NCBI GenBank assembly: GCA_017646765.1
Contig: JAGCMD010000074.1
Location: 5,627 to 69,626, forward strand
DNA length: 64,000 nucleotides
Reading direction: 5' to 3'
DNA from: Elusimicrobiaceae bacterium
GTDB lineage: Bacteria > Elusimicrobiota > Elusimicrobia > Elusimicrobiales > Elusimicrobiaceae
Shown: positions 43,799-53,061 of the stretch, piece by piece
Layout: each line of letters begins with the position of its first letter
Position numbering within the stretch: position 1 is the stretch's first letter
Translations under genes and position numbers: made by a program
Notes under the pieces: generated by a model
What the model saw: only the letters and a program-made list of their open reading frames with translations
The model's database searches: none
What the model was told of the DNA's origin: nothing

Positions 43799-45046
43799 TT
43801 ATTTTAATTCTTCATACAACGGAAAGTTTTGCAAAAACTTTTTTACCTTCTCCGCGATTTGTGCTAAATAATTTTCGTCTGCAAAGTGCATCAGTGCTTC
43901 GTCAATAAACGCGGCCACTTGTTCCATATCTTTTTCCTTCATGCCACGTGTGGTAACGGCCGGGGTGCCAAGCCGCAATCCGCTTGTTACAAACGGTTTT
44001 TCCGGGTCAAACGGGATCGTATTTTTGTTGGCGGTAATGCCCGCTTTATCCAGCGCGGCCTCGGCCGCTTTGCCCGTCATATTTTTAGAACGCAAATCTA
44101 CACACATCACGTGTGAATCCGTGCCGCCCGCCACCAACCGGTATCCGCGCGTTTGCAGTGCGGCGGCTAACGCGGCAGCGTTTAATTTTACTTGGTGTTG
44201 ATATGCTTTAAATTCCGGTTTTAACGCCTCGCCAAAGCATACGGCTTTGGCGGCAATTACGTGCATTAAAGGCCCCCCTTGCACGCCGGGGAAAACAGCA
44301 CTGTCAATGGCTTTGGCTAAATTTTCTTTGCATAAAATCAGCCCGCCGCGCGGCCCGCGCAACGTTTTGTGCGTGGTGGTGGTAACAACGTCAGCATACG
44401 GAACGGGCGAGGGATATTCTCCGGCGGCAATTAGTCCCGCATAATGCGCCACATCACACGCCAAATACGCGCCGCAACTGTCGGCTATTTCGCGTAATCT
44501 CTTCCAATCAAACACGCGCGAATAATTGGACGCACCTGCTAAAATAAGTTTCGGTTTGTGTTCTTTGGCAAGTGCGGCGGCCTCGTCGTAATCAATTTCT
44601 TCCGTATCTTTGCGTACGTTCATGGCAATCATGTTGTAGAGTTTACCGGAAAAATTTAAGGGGTGGCCGTGCGTAAGGTGTCCGCCGTGAGAAAGATTTA
44701 ATCCAAGCACCGTATCGCCGGGTTTTAACAAGGCAAAATAAACCGCCATATTGGCTTGCGCGCCGGAGTGCGGCTGTACGTTAGCGTGTTCGGCACCGAA
44801 CAATTTTTTGGCGCGCTCGCGGGCCAATGTTTCCACGATATCCACATATTCGCACCCGCCGTAGTAGCGTTTTGCGGGGTATCCTTCGGCGTATTTGTTG
44901 GTGAGAATAGAGCCTTGCGCTTGCATAACGGCCAGCGAGGTAAAATTTTCGGACGCAATCAGTTCAATGCGTTCGCGTTGGCGTTGCAATTCTTGTGAAA
45001 CAGCGTTAAAAACTTCAGAATCGGTTTTTTGTAAATTCGGGTACAT
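43799..45046 (-). CDS. glyA: Serine hydroxymethyltransferase
   Basis: [28 protein letters not shown]. Confidence 0.98.
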   Translation of the reverse strand: MYPNLQKTDSEVFNAVSQELQRQRERIELIASENFTSLAVMQAQGSILTNKYAEGYPAKRYYGGCEYVDIVETLARERAKKLFGAEHANVQPHSGAQANMAVYFALLKPGDTVLGLNLSHGGHLTHGHPLNFSGKLYNMIAMNVRKDTEEIDYDEAAALAKEHKPKLILAGASNYSRVFDWKRLREIADSCGAYLACDVAHYAGLIAAGEYPSPVPYADVVTTTTHKTLRGPRGGLILCKENLAKAIDSAVFPGVQGGPLMHVIAAKAVCFGEALKPEFKAYQHQVKLNAAALAAALQTRGYRLVAGGTDSHVMCVDLRSKNMTGKAAEAALDKAGITANKNTIPFDPEKPFVTSGLRLGTPAVTTRGMKEKDMEQVAAFIDEALMHFADENYLAQIAEKVKKFLQNFPLYEELK

Positions 45047-45137
45047 AATTTCCTCCCATTTTTTACTATGAAAATTGCTCGTTATTTACTATAATTTACT
45101 AAATAGGAGTTAAATTCATCAAGAGGTGCAAAAAGAA

Positions 45138-46202
45138 ATGGCAAAACTGACAAAAAAAGACTTCCTCAAAAATACCATTAAACACATTGATTTGAAAAAA
45201 TACAACGTGGTCCCCATGGTAGAAGCATTTGAGGGTATGGCCTATGCGTCGCGCGAAGTGGCCCGGGCAAGCAAAATCTATAATATGATGCTTTCCGATA
45301 AAAACTGCTCGGTAATTTTGTGTATTGCCGGGTCTTTAGTATCCGCCGGTATGAAAAAAGTAGTGGTGGATATGATTCAAAACAACATGGTAGATGCGAT
45401 TGTTTCCAACGGGGCCAACATTGTAGACCAAGATTTTTTTGAAGCCCTTGGTTATAAACACTATATCGGGACTCCATACAATCAAGATGACAATTTGTTG
45501 CGTGATTTGCACATTGACCGCATCTACGATACCTATATTGACGAAGACCAACTCAAAAATTGCGACGAAACGATTCATAAAATCTGCAACTATTTAGAGC
45601 CGCGCCCGTACTCTTCCCGCGAGTTTATTTGGGAAATGGGTAAATGGCTTGAGAAAAATAAAAAAGGCAAAGATTCTATCGTTTACAATGCTTACAAACA
45701 CGGCGTGCCGATATTTGTGCCCGCGTTTAGCGATTGCTCGGCCGGGTTTGGTTTTGTAGCGCACCAAACCGAACACCCCGGAGCACACGTATCTATTGAC
45801 AGTGCCAAAGATTTTTTGGAGCTGACCAAAATCAAAATTAAGGCCAAAGAAACCGGTCTAATGATGTGGTCCGGCGGCGTGCCGAAAAACTTTGCGCAAG
45901 ATACGGTGGTAGCCGCCGAAATTTTAGGGGCCGAAATTCCCATGCACAAATACGCCGTACAAATTACGGTAGCGGATGTGCGCGACGGAGCATTGTCCGG
46001 CTCTACGCTCAAAGAAGCTTCTTCTTGGGGCAAAGTTTCCACCGCGCTGGAACAAATGGTTTATGGCGAGTGCACCACGCTAATTCCGCTCATTATCGGA
46101 TACGGTTATCACAAAGGCGCGTGGAAAAAACGCAAAGCGTCTAACTATGTAAAATTCTTACAAGACGAAGACGCCAAAATCGCTAAGTCCCGCAAAAAAT
46201 AA
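45138..46202 (+). CDS. Deoxyhypusine synthase-like protein (probable homospermidine synthase)
   Basis: PAFSDCSAG, GGVPKNF, DGALSGSTLKEASSWGKV (catalytic Lys); ATG at 45138. Confidence 0.88.
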   Translation: MAKLTKKDFLKNTIKHIDLKKYNVVPMVEAFEGMAYASREVARASKIYNMMLSDKNCSVILCIAGSLVSAGMKKVVVDMIQNNMVDAIVSNGANIVDQDFFEALGYKHYIGTPYNQDDNLLRDLHIDRIYDTYIDEDQLKNCDETIHKICNYLEPRPYSSREFIWEMGKWLEKNKKGKDSIVYNAYKHGVPIFVPAFSDCSAGFGFVAHQTEHPGAHVSIDSAKDFLELTKIKIKAKETGLMMWSGGVPKNFAQDTVVAAEILGAEIPMHKYAVQITVADVRDGALSGSTLKEASSWGKVSTALEQMVYGECTTLIPLIIGYGYHKGAWKKRKASNYVKFLQDEDAKIAKSRKK

Positions 46203-47056
46203 TGCAGCTTAAAACCGCGTTTTTAAGTTTCGCTTTACTGATCTGCCCGTGTGCGTTATGCTACGGGCAGCTCAGTTTTTTAGGCGTAAACGGAGAGCGC
46301 GGTTATTCGGCGATGCGGACAAAATACGAACTGGACTTGGATAACAATTTTATTTTTGTGCCATCTTACGAGTTTTACCGTCAATCAGATGACCCGGATG
46401 TGGAAAAAACAGGTTCTACCTATCGGTATGGATTAAAGGGGGCATATGATTTTTCGGACCGGTGGCTTGGATATACGGGGGTTTTTTGGCAGCCATGGGC
46501 CGTAGATAACGAAGCTGCCAGTGTATACCTGGGAGGCCTTTGGCGGCCTTTCTACCGCTTGGGTATAATCAAAGAACCCTTTGCGGATATACGCGCCGCG
46601 CATGCCAACCGGCGTTGCCGCATAGATTCTTCCGGAGCGCGATTGCCGGACACATACCAACGGGATGAAACGAGCTTACAGGTGTTGACGGGGGCGAAAG
46701 TAGGCTTTATAGATTTGGAAGCAGCGTGGTATAAAGTGATACAATATAGTAATCCAGCCCGGTCAGATATTTCTTTTAGCTGGGCAGACATCCCTTTTAT
46801 GACAGCCGTAGTGCAGGGAAGTTTGCGTCAGGCAACGGCGGTGCAAATAGGTATTGCGCTGGATTTTATTACCCCGTATGCTTCGGTAGTACGTTATGAG
46901 TATGCCGAAGTCAGCCATCCGGCCATGGCCGTACGTGCCGGAGCGGGTATCAAATGGGAAGAAGTGATTTTTGCCGGCGGTGTGGAAGTGTTTGAGCCGC
47001 GTAGAGAAGAGGAGCGCAAAACCTTTTTTTCCATGTCTATAGAAATCAATTTTTAA
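46202..47056 (+). CDS. Secreted protein, probable outer-membrane beta-barrel
   Basis: Signal peptide, aromatic-rich alternating strands, C-terminal FFSMSIEINF. Confidence 0.6.
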   Translation: MQLKTAFLSFALLICPCALCYGQLSFLGVNGERGYSAMRTKYELDLDNNFIFVPSYEFYRQSDDPDVEKTGSTYRYGLKGAYDFSDRWLGYTGVFWQPWAVDNEAASVYLGGLWRPFYRLGIIKEPFADIRAAHANRRCRIDSSGARLPDTYQRDETSLQVLTGAKVGFIDLEAAWYKVIQYSNPARSDISFSWADIPFMTAVVQGSLRQATAVQIGIALDFITPYASVVRYEYAEVSHPAMAVRAGAGIKWEEVIFAGGVEVFEPRREEERKTFFSMSIEINF

Positions 47057-47065
47057 GAGGCATAC

Positions 47066-47491
47066 ATGCAACAACTGGATTTACATTGCAAGATAGATGA
47101 AGACGTTTTTTCTTGGACGGTTTTTATAACCCGCGCATTAGTGGGCTTGGTGCTTTTGTATGTGGCGGTTGGCGGGCTGTTGTATTACCGGGAGTTTTTA
47201 TACAACGCCGCCTTGCTGGGTCTGCCCATGCCGGTAGCGGGGGGAATTTCTCTTCTTATAGTCCAAATTTTACTTGCGTTTATGCTGCTTTTAGGTTGGT
47301 TTACGCGGCTTGTCAGTACGCTAGGTGTATTTTGCATGGGAGCAATAGGTGTTATTTTCTTCGCCGGGGAAATAAACCATATTTTTGTTGCTTTGATGCT
47401 TCTTTTAATAACAGCCTTACTGCCTTCTGCTTTACTGGGGCCGGGTAAGATTAGTTTAGATTATAAACACGCAATCCGTCGGGCCAAATAA
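47066..47491 (+). CDS. DoxX family membrane protein
   Basis: Four TM segments, LLLGWFTR, C-terminal GPGKISLD. Confidence 0.75.
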   Translation: MQQLDLHCKIDEDVFSWTVFITRALVGLVLLYVAVGGLLYYREFLYNAALLGLPMPVAGGISLLIVQILLAFMLLLGWFTRLVSTLGVFCMGAIGVIFFAGEINHIFVALMLLLITALLPSALLGPGKISLDYKHAIRRAK

Positions 47492-47510
47492 ACATTTAGA
47501 GGTTAATTTT

Positions 47511-48776
47511 ATGGAAGATAAAACTACCAATTTCACATACATTAGTTTAGCCAACAAATACCGTCCGCAGAAGTTTGAGGATATGGTCGGGCAGGAAAGT
47601 ATTTCTAAGACGCTTCAAAATGCACTTAAATCCGGCCGTTTAGCGCATGCCTATTTGTTTTACGGTCCGCGCGGTTGCGGCAAAACCACGACAGCCCGCA
47701 TTTTAGCCAAAGCACTTAACTGTACGGGACACACAGACAATAAACCTACCGCCGAGCCGTGCGGTAAGTGCCCGCAATGTTTGGAAATTGCCCAAAGCGC
47801 CGACTTGGATGTGCTTGAATTAGACGCTGCCAGTAATACACAAGTGGAAAAAGTCCGCGAAGCCATTATTGATACAGTGGCGCTTGCGGCCTCGCGCGAC
47901 CGTTTTAAAGTATTTATTCTGGATGAAGTCCATATGCTTTCCGCCAGTTCTTTTAATGCGCTTTTAAAAACCATTGAAGAGCCCCCGGCCCATGTAGTTT
48001 TTATTTTAGCCACTACCGAAAAACACAAAGTGCCCGCTACAATTGTCAGCCGTTGCCAGACGTTCCGTTTCCGTCCGCTGACGACCGAAGAAATTACTAC
48101 GCATTTATTAGATTTATCCGGCGCGGAAAATATAGATTTAACGCCGGCCGCTGCCAAAATTATTGCTAAAAACGCGGGCGGTGCTATGCGCGATGCGCTT
48201 ACGCTGTTGGACCGTGCAATCGCATTTTGCGGCGGAAAGATTGACGAAAAAACAGTGGCCGATATGTTAGGGCTCACCCCGGATGAACTACTTAAACAAG
48301 CGTTGGGCGCGTTGGTGCAAAAAGATAATCAAGCGTTGCATCAAGTTTTTCAAACGATTCAAGCCGAAGGATTTGATGCTAATTCTTTTTTGAAAGATTT
48401 AAAAAATACACTGGGTGAATCTTTTTATTTTGTACTCGGGCAAGGGGATGCGCCGTTTGCCGGCGCCAAAGACGTGTTAGACGGTGTCAGCCCCGGTTTT
48501 TTGGCACAACTTTCACGCAAAATCAATAAACTTTGTGAAGAAGTAAAATTTTCCGATAATGCGCTTATTAGCGCGGAAGTTGGTTTGTTTACCGTGATGG
48601 ACAGTTGTTTGGATATTTCCGGTTTAATAAGCCGTTTGGAAGCGTTGGAACGCGGCGAATCATTGCCGCCCGCTACGCCGCGCGCGCGCGGCCCGGTTAG
48701 TACGGATAAACCGGCATCTCGTCCGGCGGAAACGACCGCCCGCAAAAAACAGACTTTGCGGCACCTGCGCCCGTAA
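47511..48776 (+). CDS. dnaX: DNA polymerase III gamma/tau, frame-0 part (421 aa, gamma-like)
   Basis: LANKYRPQKF, GPRGCGKT, CGKCPQC Zn module, DEVHML, SRCQ, GGAMRDA; stops at 48776. Confidence 0.95.
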   Translation: MEDKTTNFTYISLANKYRPQKFEDMVGQESISKTLQNALKSGRLAHAYLFYGPRGCGKTTTARILAKALNCTGHTDNKPTAEPCGKCPQCLEIAQSADLDVLELDAASNTQVEKVREAIIDTVALAASRDRFKVFILDEVHMLSASSFNALLKTIEEPPAHVVFILATTEKHKVPATIVSRCQTFRFRPLTTEEITTHLLDLSGAENIDLTPAAAKIIAKNAGGAMRDALTLLDRAIAFCGGKIDEKTVADMLGLTPDELLKQALGALVQKDNQALHQVFQTIQAEGFDANSFLKDLKNTLGESFYFVLGQGDAPFAGAKDVLDGVSPGFLAQLSRKINKLCEEVKFSDNALISAEVGLFTVMDSCLDISGLISRLEALERGESLPPATPRARGPVSTDKPASRPAETTARKKQTLRHLRP

Positions 48777-49228
48777 CCAAGCCCGCGGCCGTAGTTGCCG
48801 AGCCGGAAACGCCCGCATTACAGACCGCGGTTTCCAATCAAAAATTATGGGAAAAAATGCTCAAGCATTTTGAAAAAAGTCCGTTTGTGTATGATGTGAT
48901 GTTAAACAGTACCGTTACGTTTAACGAAACTTCATGGACGTTGTCCTTTGCGCCGGAAAAAGCATTTTATCAAATTCCCGCACAAAGCAAACTGCCCGAG
49001 TTGGAAAAAGCCGCTTTGGAATTGGGCGGGCGAAAAGTAACTATTCAATTAGCGGCGGCTATTGCGCCAACAGCAACGCCTGCCAAAACGGCTACTCAAC
49101 AATCAGTGGAAATTTTGGACGAAGAGCCCTTGCCGGTACCGCAGACGGTTATGCTTTCTTCCAACCAAAACGCACCGGAAGAAGTTAAAGAAGTGTTAGA
49201 TATGTTTCCCGGAGAGTTACTTGCGTAA
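48746..49228 (+). CDS. dnaX: -1 frame continuation of dnaX (tau-specific linker and C-terminal domain)
   Basis: Frame is open from 48710 to 49228; after the A6 run it reads KTDFAAPAPVTKPAAVVAEPETPALQTAVSNQKLWEKML; ends ..VLDMFPGELLA directly before recR. Confidence 0.7.
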   Translation, partial: KTDFAAPAPVTKPAAVVAEPETPALQTAVSNQKLWEKMLKHFEKSPFVYDVMLNSTVTFNETSWTLSFAPEKAFYQIPAQSKLPELEKAALELGGRKVTIQLAAAIAPTATPAKTATQQSVEILDEEPLPVPQTVMLSSNQNAPEEVKEVLDMFPGELLA

Positions 49229-49825
49229 ATGATGAAAAGTTTAGACCGTTTTGTCCGTGCGCTTCGTCGTTTACCGGGGGTGGGTCCCCGGCAAGCGGAG
49301 CGTTTTGCCGCGTATTTTTTGCGGGCTTCGCAGGGTGAAACGGAAGAATTTATTACCGCGCTTTCCTCTCTTAAACAAGATATTAAATTGTGTCCGGTTT
49401 GTTTTGCCTACAGCGATACGGAGCCGTGCACCATTTGCAGCGACCCGGACCGCGACCCCGGCCAAATCTGCGTGGTAGAAGATCCGCAAGATATTGAGGC
49501 CATTGAAAAAACAGGTGCTTACAAAGGTTTATATCACGTATTGCACGGGGCGATTTCCCCGCTGGACGGCCGCAGCGCCGAACATGTCAAAGTGCGTGAA
49601 CTTTTAGCCCGCGTGCAACAAGCCAAAGAGCCGGTGCGGGAAGTGATTATTGCTACCGATCCGGACAGCGAAGGAGAAACGACCGCGCTGTATCTGGCAG
49701 ATTTATTGCGTGGGCAAGTAGGGCAGATTACGCGTATCGGGTATGGCGTTCCGCTCGGCGGCGATATTGACTATATGGACGAGATGACATTAGGATACTC
49801 GCTCAAAGGCCGCACTAAAATTTAA
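49229..49825 (+). CDS. recR: Recombination mediator RecR
   Basis: LPGVGPRQA HhH, C4 zinc finger, YHVLHG.ISP TOPRIM, EGETTALY. Confidence 0.96.
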   Translation: MMKSLDRFVRALRRLPGVGPRQAERFAAYFLRASQGETEEFITALSSLKQDIKLCPVCFAYSDTEPCTICSDPDRDPGQICVVEDPQDIEAIEKTGAYKGLYHVLHGAISPLDGRSAEHVKVRELLARVQQAKEPVREVIIATDPDSEGETTALYLADLLRGQVGQITRIGYGVPLGGDIDYMDEMTLGYSLKGRTKI

Positions 49826-51639
49826 TGCATCCCTCTGTGTATAAGCGTCCGCTGTTGTGGCTGGTGTTGACGCTAATTGTAGGAATTTCTTTCTTTTATC
49901 ATCCCGCTCCCGGTAAGCGGGATGTTTCCCGTTTTATCTCATCACAAGAAGTAGCACTTGTCGGGCAAGTTACCGGTTTCCCGGTTGCTAAAAAAGACAA
50001 ACAAAATGTGTGGATAGATGTTGTGTCCGTCAACGGTACCCCAGCCAACGGACGTGTGTACGCCCGCATGAGTAATTTTATCCCCGAGTGGAAAGACACT
50101 TTGCAACTAACGGGACGTTTACAAACGCCATACAGCGTGCATTTACCGGGTAATTTTGATTGGAAAGATTATTTGGCGCGCAAACATACTTTTGCGGAAA
50201 TTAAAGTAATTCAAGCCAAACGTGTAAAACAAGCCGCTTGGTTGTGGCGTGTAATCCGTACGATACGAAAAGATATTTTACATACACTTAATGCGTCGTT
50301 CCCGCCGGGGCTGGCCCAGATTGCGGGGGGCGTGCTTTTGGGAGAGCGCGGAGATTTCCCGTCCGCTTTATATACTGCATTTCAAGACAGCGGAGCGATC
50401 CATTTGCTCGTAGCGTCCGGCGGCAATGTGGGGTTTGTAACGCTGATCACCTTGGCGGCGGGGGCGTTGGTTGGGTTGCGCCGTAAATCGTTACTGGTGC
50501 TTGCATTAGGCACCGCCGGAATGTATACGCTTATCGCCGGAGCCGATGCACCGTTACTTCGCGCGTATTTAATGACGGTGTGCGCGTGCGCGGGATATTT
50601 CTTGGGGCGTAACAGCGGCGTATTTCAAGGGTTATTATTATCGTGTTTGATTATTTTACTGGTTACGCCTTCGGCCGTATTTGATACCGGGTTTCAAATG
50701 TCGTTTTTGGCTACGTTGGCGATTGTGATTTGTCTGAATAATTACCGTGTGCCCGGTTCATGGCCGCGTGCCTGTCACTTCTTTGTGCCGATTTTCTTAG
50801 CCACCTTGTCTTCGCAATTGGCACTTCTTCCCGTTTTTACCAATGTGTTTTATAAAGTTTCTTTGACGGGATTACTGTCTAATATGTTACTTGTGCCATG
50901 GGCCTCTTTTGTAATGGGGCTTGGTTTTGCGTATTATACGTTTTCGCTGTTGCATATCGGGATAGTGTTATATTATCCGTGTTTGTGGAGTTTGGAATTT
51001 TTTAAAGTGGCGGTAGAATTTTTTGCCTCGTTTCAATTTTCTTCGCTATCGGCTACAGCTTGGAACGCGGGGAGTATTACGGCGTACTACATAATGTTGT
51101 TTTGGGCGCTGCAACTGCCGCATAAAAATTTTGCTAAGAAATTAGCATTACCGTGTTTGGTGGTGGCGGTGGGTGCTTTCGGCGTCGGGCGTATCCTACA
51201 AAACCGTCCGCAGGCGTATTTGCTTAGCGAGTGGAATAACCGCGCCGCTCTTGTGCGGGTAAACCGCAAAACAGCCGTAATATTTAACTTCGGCCTTGAT
51301 AAAGAGAAATTAGACCGCGCCTTGTATGCACTCGGGTTTTCGCAAGCGGTTCTTACGTTGCCTTTGTCGGGCGAAGAAGTGTTTGATACTATATGGCCCG
51401 AAGATACGTTTAATGTTCCCGGCGGTGTGGTGCGCGCCGCGTGGGAGCTCCGCCAAGCACTGGACGGACATATCTGGGAAGATACGGGCTATTCGGGCAA
51501 ACCGGGTAGCGGTCTTTCGTACTGCATACAGGTAAAAGAGAGAGCGCTTTGTATAGGTTCTCAGGCGCGGTTCTTGGTGTTGCCTGACGGGAAAACAATT
51601 TCCGGCGAACTAAACAATACCGTCAAAACAAATTGGTAG
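49825..51639 (+). CDS. comEC: ComEC/Rec2 family DNA uptake channel (no clear MBL domain)
   Basis: OB-fold region, HLLVASGGNV, PLLRA, GFQMSFLAT; multi-TM. Confidence 0.85.
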   Translation: MHPSVYKRPLLWLVLTLIVGISFFYHPAPGKRDVSRFISSQEVALVGQVTGFPVAKKDKQNVWIDVVSVNGTPANGRVYARMSNFIPEWKDTLQLTGRLQTPYSVHLPGNFDWKDYLARKHTFAEIKVIQAKRVKQAAWLWRVIRTIRKDILHTLNASFPPGLAQIAGGVLLGERGDFPSALYTAFQDSGAIHLLVASGGNVGFVTLITLAAGALVGLRRKSLLVLALGTAGMYTLIAGADAPLLRAYLMTVCACAGYFLGRNSGVFQGLLLSCLIILLVTPSAVFDTGFQMSFLATLAIVICLNNYRVPGSWPRACHFFVPIFLATLSSQLALLPVFTNVFYKVSLTGLLSNMLLVPWASFVMGLGFAYYTFSLLHIGIVLYYPCLWSLEFFKVAVEFFASFQFSSLSATAWNAGSITAYYIMLFWALQLPHKNFAKKLALPCLVVAVGAFGVGRILQNRPQAYLLSEWNNRAALVRVNRKTAVIFNFGLDKEKLDRALYALGFSQAVLTLPLSGEEVFDTIWPEDTFNVPGGVVRAAWELRQALDGHIWEDTGYSGKPGSGLSYCIQVKERALCIGSQARFLVLPDGKTISGELNNTVKTNW

Positions 51640-53061
51640 CTAGAGCGAAATGGGAAGTTGCCCTTTAGCCGGGCGGCTGCCCAGCAAAATTTCGGCGGCG
51701 GTTTCTTGAAATTCCGGAGCGGGACTAAACGTAAACAATGTACCGTGCGTGTGGGTTTTTGCCGGTAATGCCCACGGGCTGGCCAGTAGAACCGCTACCG
51801 AGGTGCGGCAATGCTGTAGAGCCGTTTGCAAGCGCGACTCGTCTTCTTGCTCTAAGGCTACGCTTCCGCGAAATGCTTTGTAGCGGCGCAAACAAACTAC
51901 CAGTAAATAGTCGGCTTTTCCTGTGAAAGGGGATAAGCAAACGCCCGCTTTTTTTAGTGCATCATATAGCGGCGTAGCGGATGTTTTGCCGTCGGAGCCG
52001 ATTTCCAAATAATGTACGGTTTGTCCGGCTTTGAGGGAAGGCGCCTGCCCGCAAAAAACGATTGCTTTTTGTGCGGTACGCCGGGTAAAATCATTGGGGG
52101 CAAACGCCTCTTGCGGTGTAGGGCGCGGCCCGGCATTTTTGGCTTTGGCGCACAGGGTATTTTGTAATTTTTCCGAGAGGGCTAAACAGTTCGCAGCCAC
52201 TTCGTTTTCTTCCAAAAAATCAATCAGTTCGCCGGGATTTTGCGGCACAAGCAAAATGTTTACGCCCGTTTGCAACGCACGCAAAGCGGCTTGTTTTTCG
52301 TCGCCGATGGCTTTCATTAAAAGTGCATCGGTTAAAACACAGCCTTGGTAATTTAATTGTTTTCGTAACATTTCCCCGGCAATAGCGGGCGAGAGCGAGG
52401 CCGGGTTTTCCGGGTCAATCTCCGGCAGCAATAAATGCCCCAACATAACGCTGTCCGCAAACGGCAACAGTTGTTGAAACGGGATAAGTTCACGTGTAAG
52501 AAGTTCTTCTTGGGTACGTTGCAAAACAGGCAGCGCGACGTGCGAATCGGTCGTTGTATCGCCGTGTCCGGGGAAGTGCTTAATACTGCTTAACGCGCCG
52601 TCTTGCGCAAGCCCTTTTAGAAAGGCGCGGCCCAAACGGATGACACGCTCCGGCGCTGCACCGAACGAGCGCGTATTTACAATCGGGTTAAGCGGATTGT
52701 TGGCTAAATCTAACACGGGTGCAAAGACCCAATCTACGCCCAAACTGCGCGCTTGGCGGGCGGTGATAAGTCCTTTTTCAAATGCTAAATTTTCATCGTT
52801 GGCGGCCCCTAAAGCCATATTGGAAGGCAGCAGCGGTGCGTCCGGTAACCAGCGTCCCAGGCCGTCTTCATAATCGGCAGAAATAAGCAAATAATCTAAC
52901 GGGGAGGCCGCCCGTACGGCGGCGGTAAATTCGGCTACTTGTTCTTTAGTTCCCCCGTATAAACAAAACCCGCCCACGCCGCGTTTGGCTAAATCTAATG
53001 CCTGTTGCATAGGTGTTTTATCAAACCAAAAACCGGGGTGAACAAGACGGGCGACATTCAT
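51640..53061 (-). CDS. nagZ: GH3 beta-N-acetylglucosaminidase
   Basis: APVLDL, RSFG, KHFPGHG..DSH, LTDAL; located in a peptidoglycan recycling operon. Confidence 0.85.
   Translation of the reverse strand: MNVARLVHPGFWFDKTPMQQALDLAKRGVGGFCLYGGTKEQVAEFTAAVRAASPLDYLLISADYEDGLGRWLPDAPLLPSNMALGAANDENLAFEKGLITARQARSLGVDWVFAPVLDLANNPLNPIVNTRSFGAAPERVIRLGRAFLKGLAQDGALSSIKHFPGHGDTTTDSHVALPVLQRTQEELLTRELIPFQQLLPFADSVMLGHLLLPEIDPENPASLSPAIAGEMLRKQLNYQGCVLTDALLMKAIGDEKQAALRALQTGVNILLVPQNPGELIDFLEENEVAANCLALSEKLQNTLCAKAKNAGPRPTPQEAFAPNDFTRRTAQKAIVFCGQAPSLKAGQTVHYLEIGSDGKTSATPLYDALKKAGVCLSPFTGKADYLLVVCLRRYKAFRGSVALEQEDESRLQTALQHCRTSVAVLLASPWALPAKTHTHGTLFTFSPAPEFQETAAEILLGSRPAKGQLPISL

Noticed and set aside
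48677-48692. CG dinucleotide run as the dnaX frameshift site
   Set aside because: The -1 frame has stops at 48698 and 48707 downstream of it, so a shift here cannot reach the tau domain.
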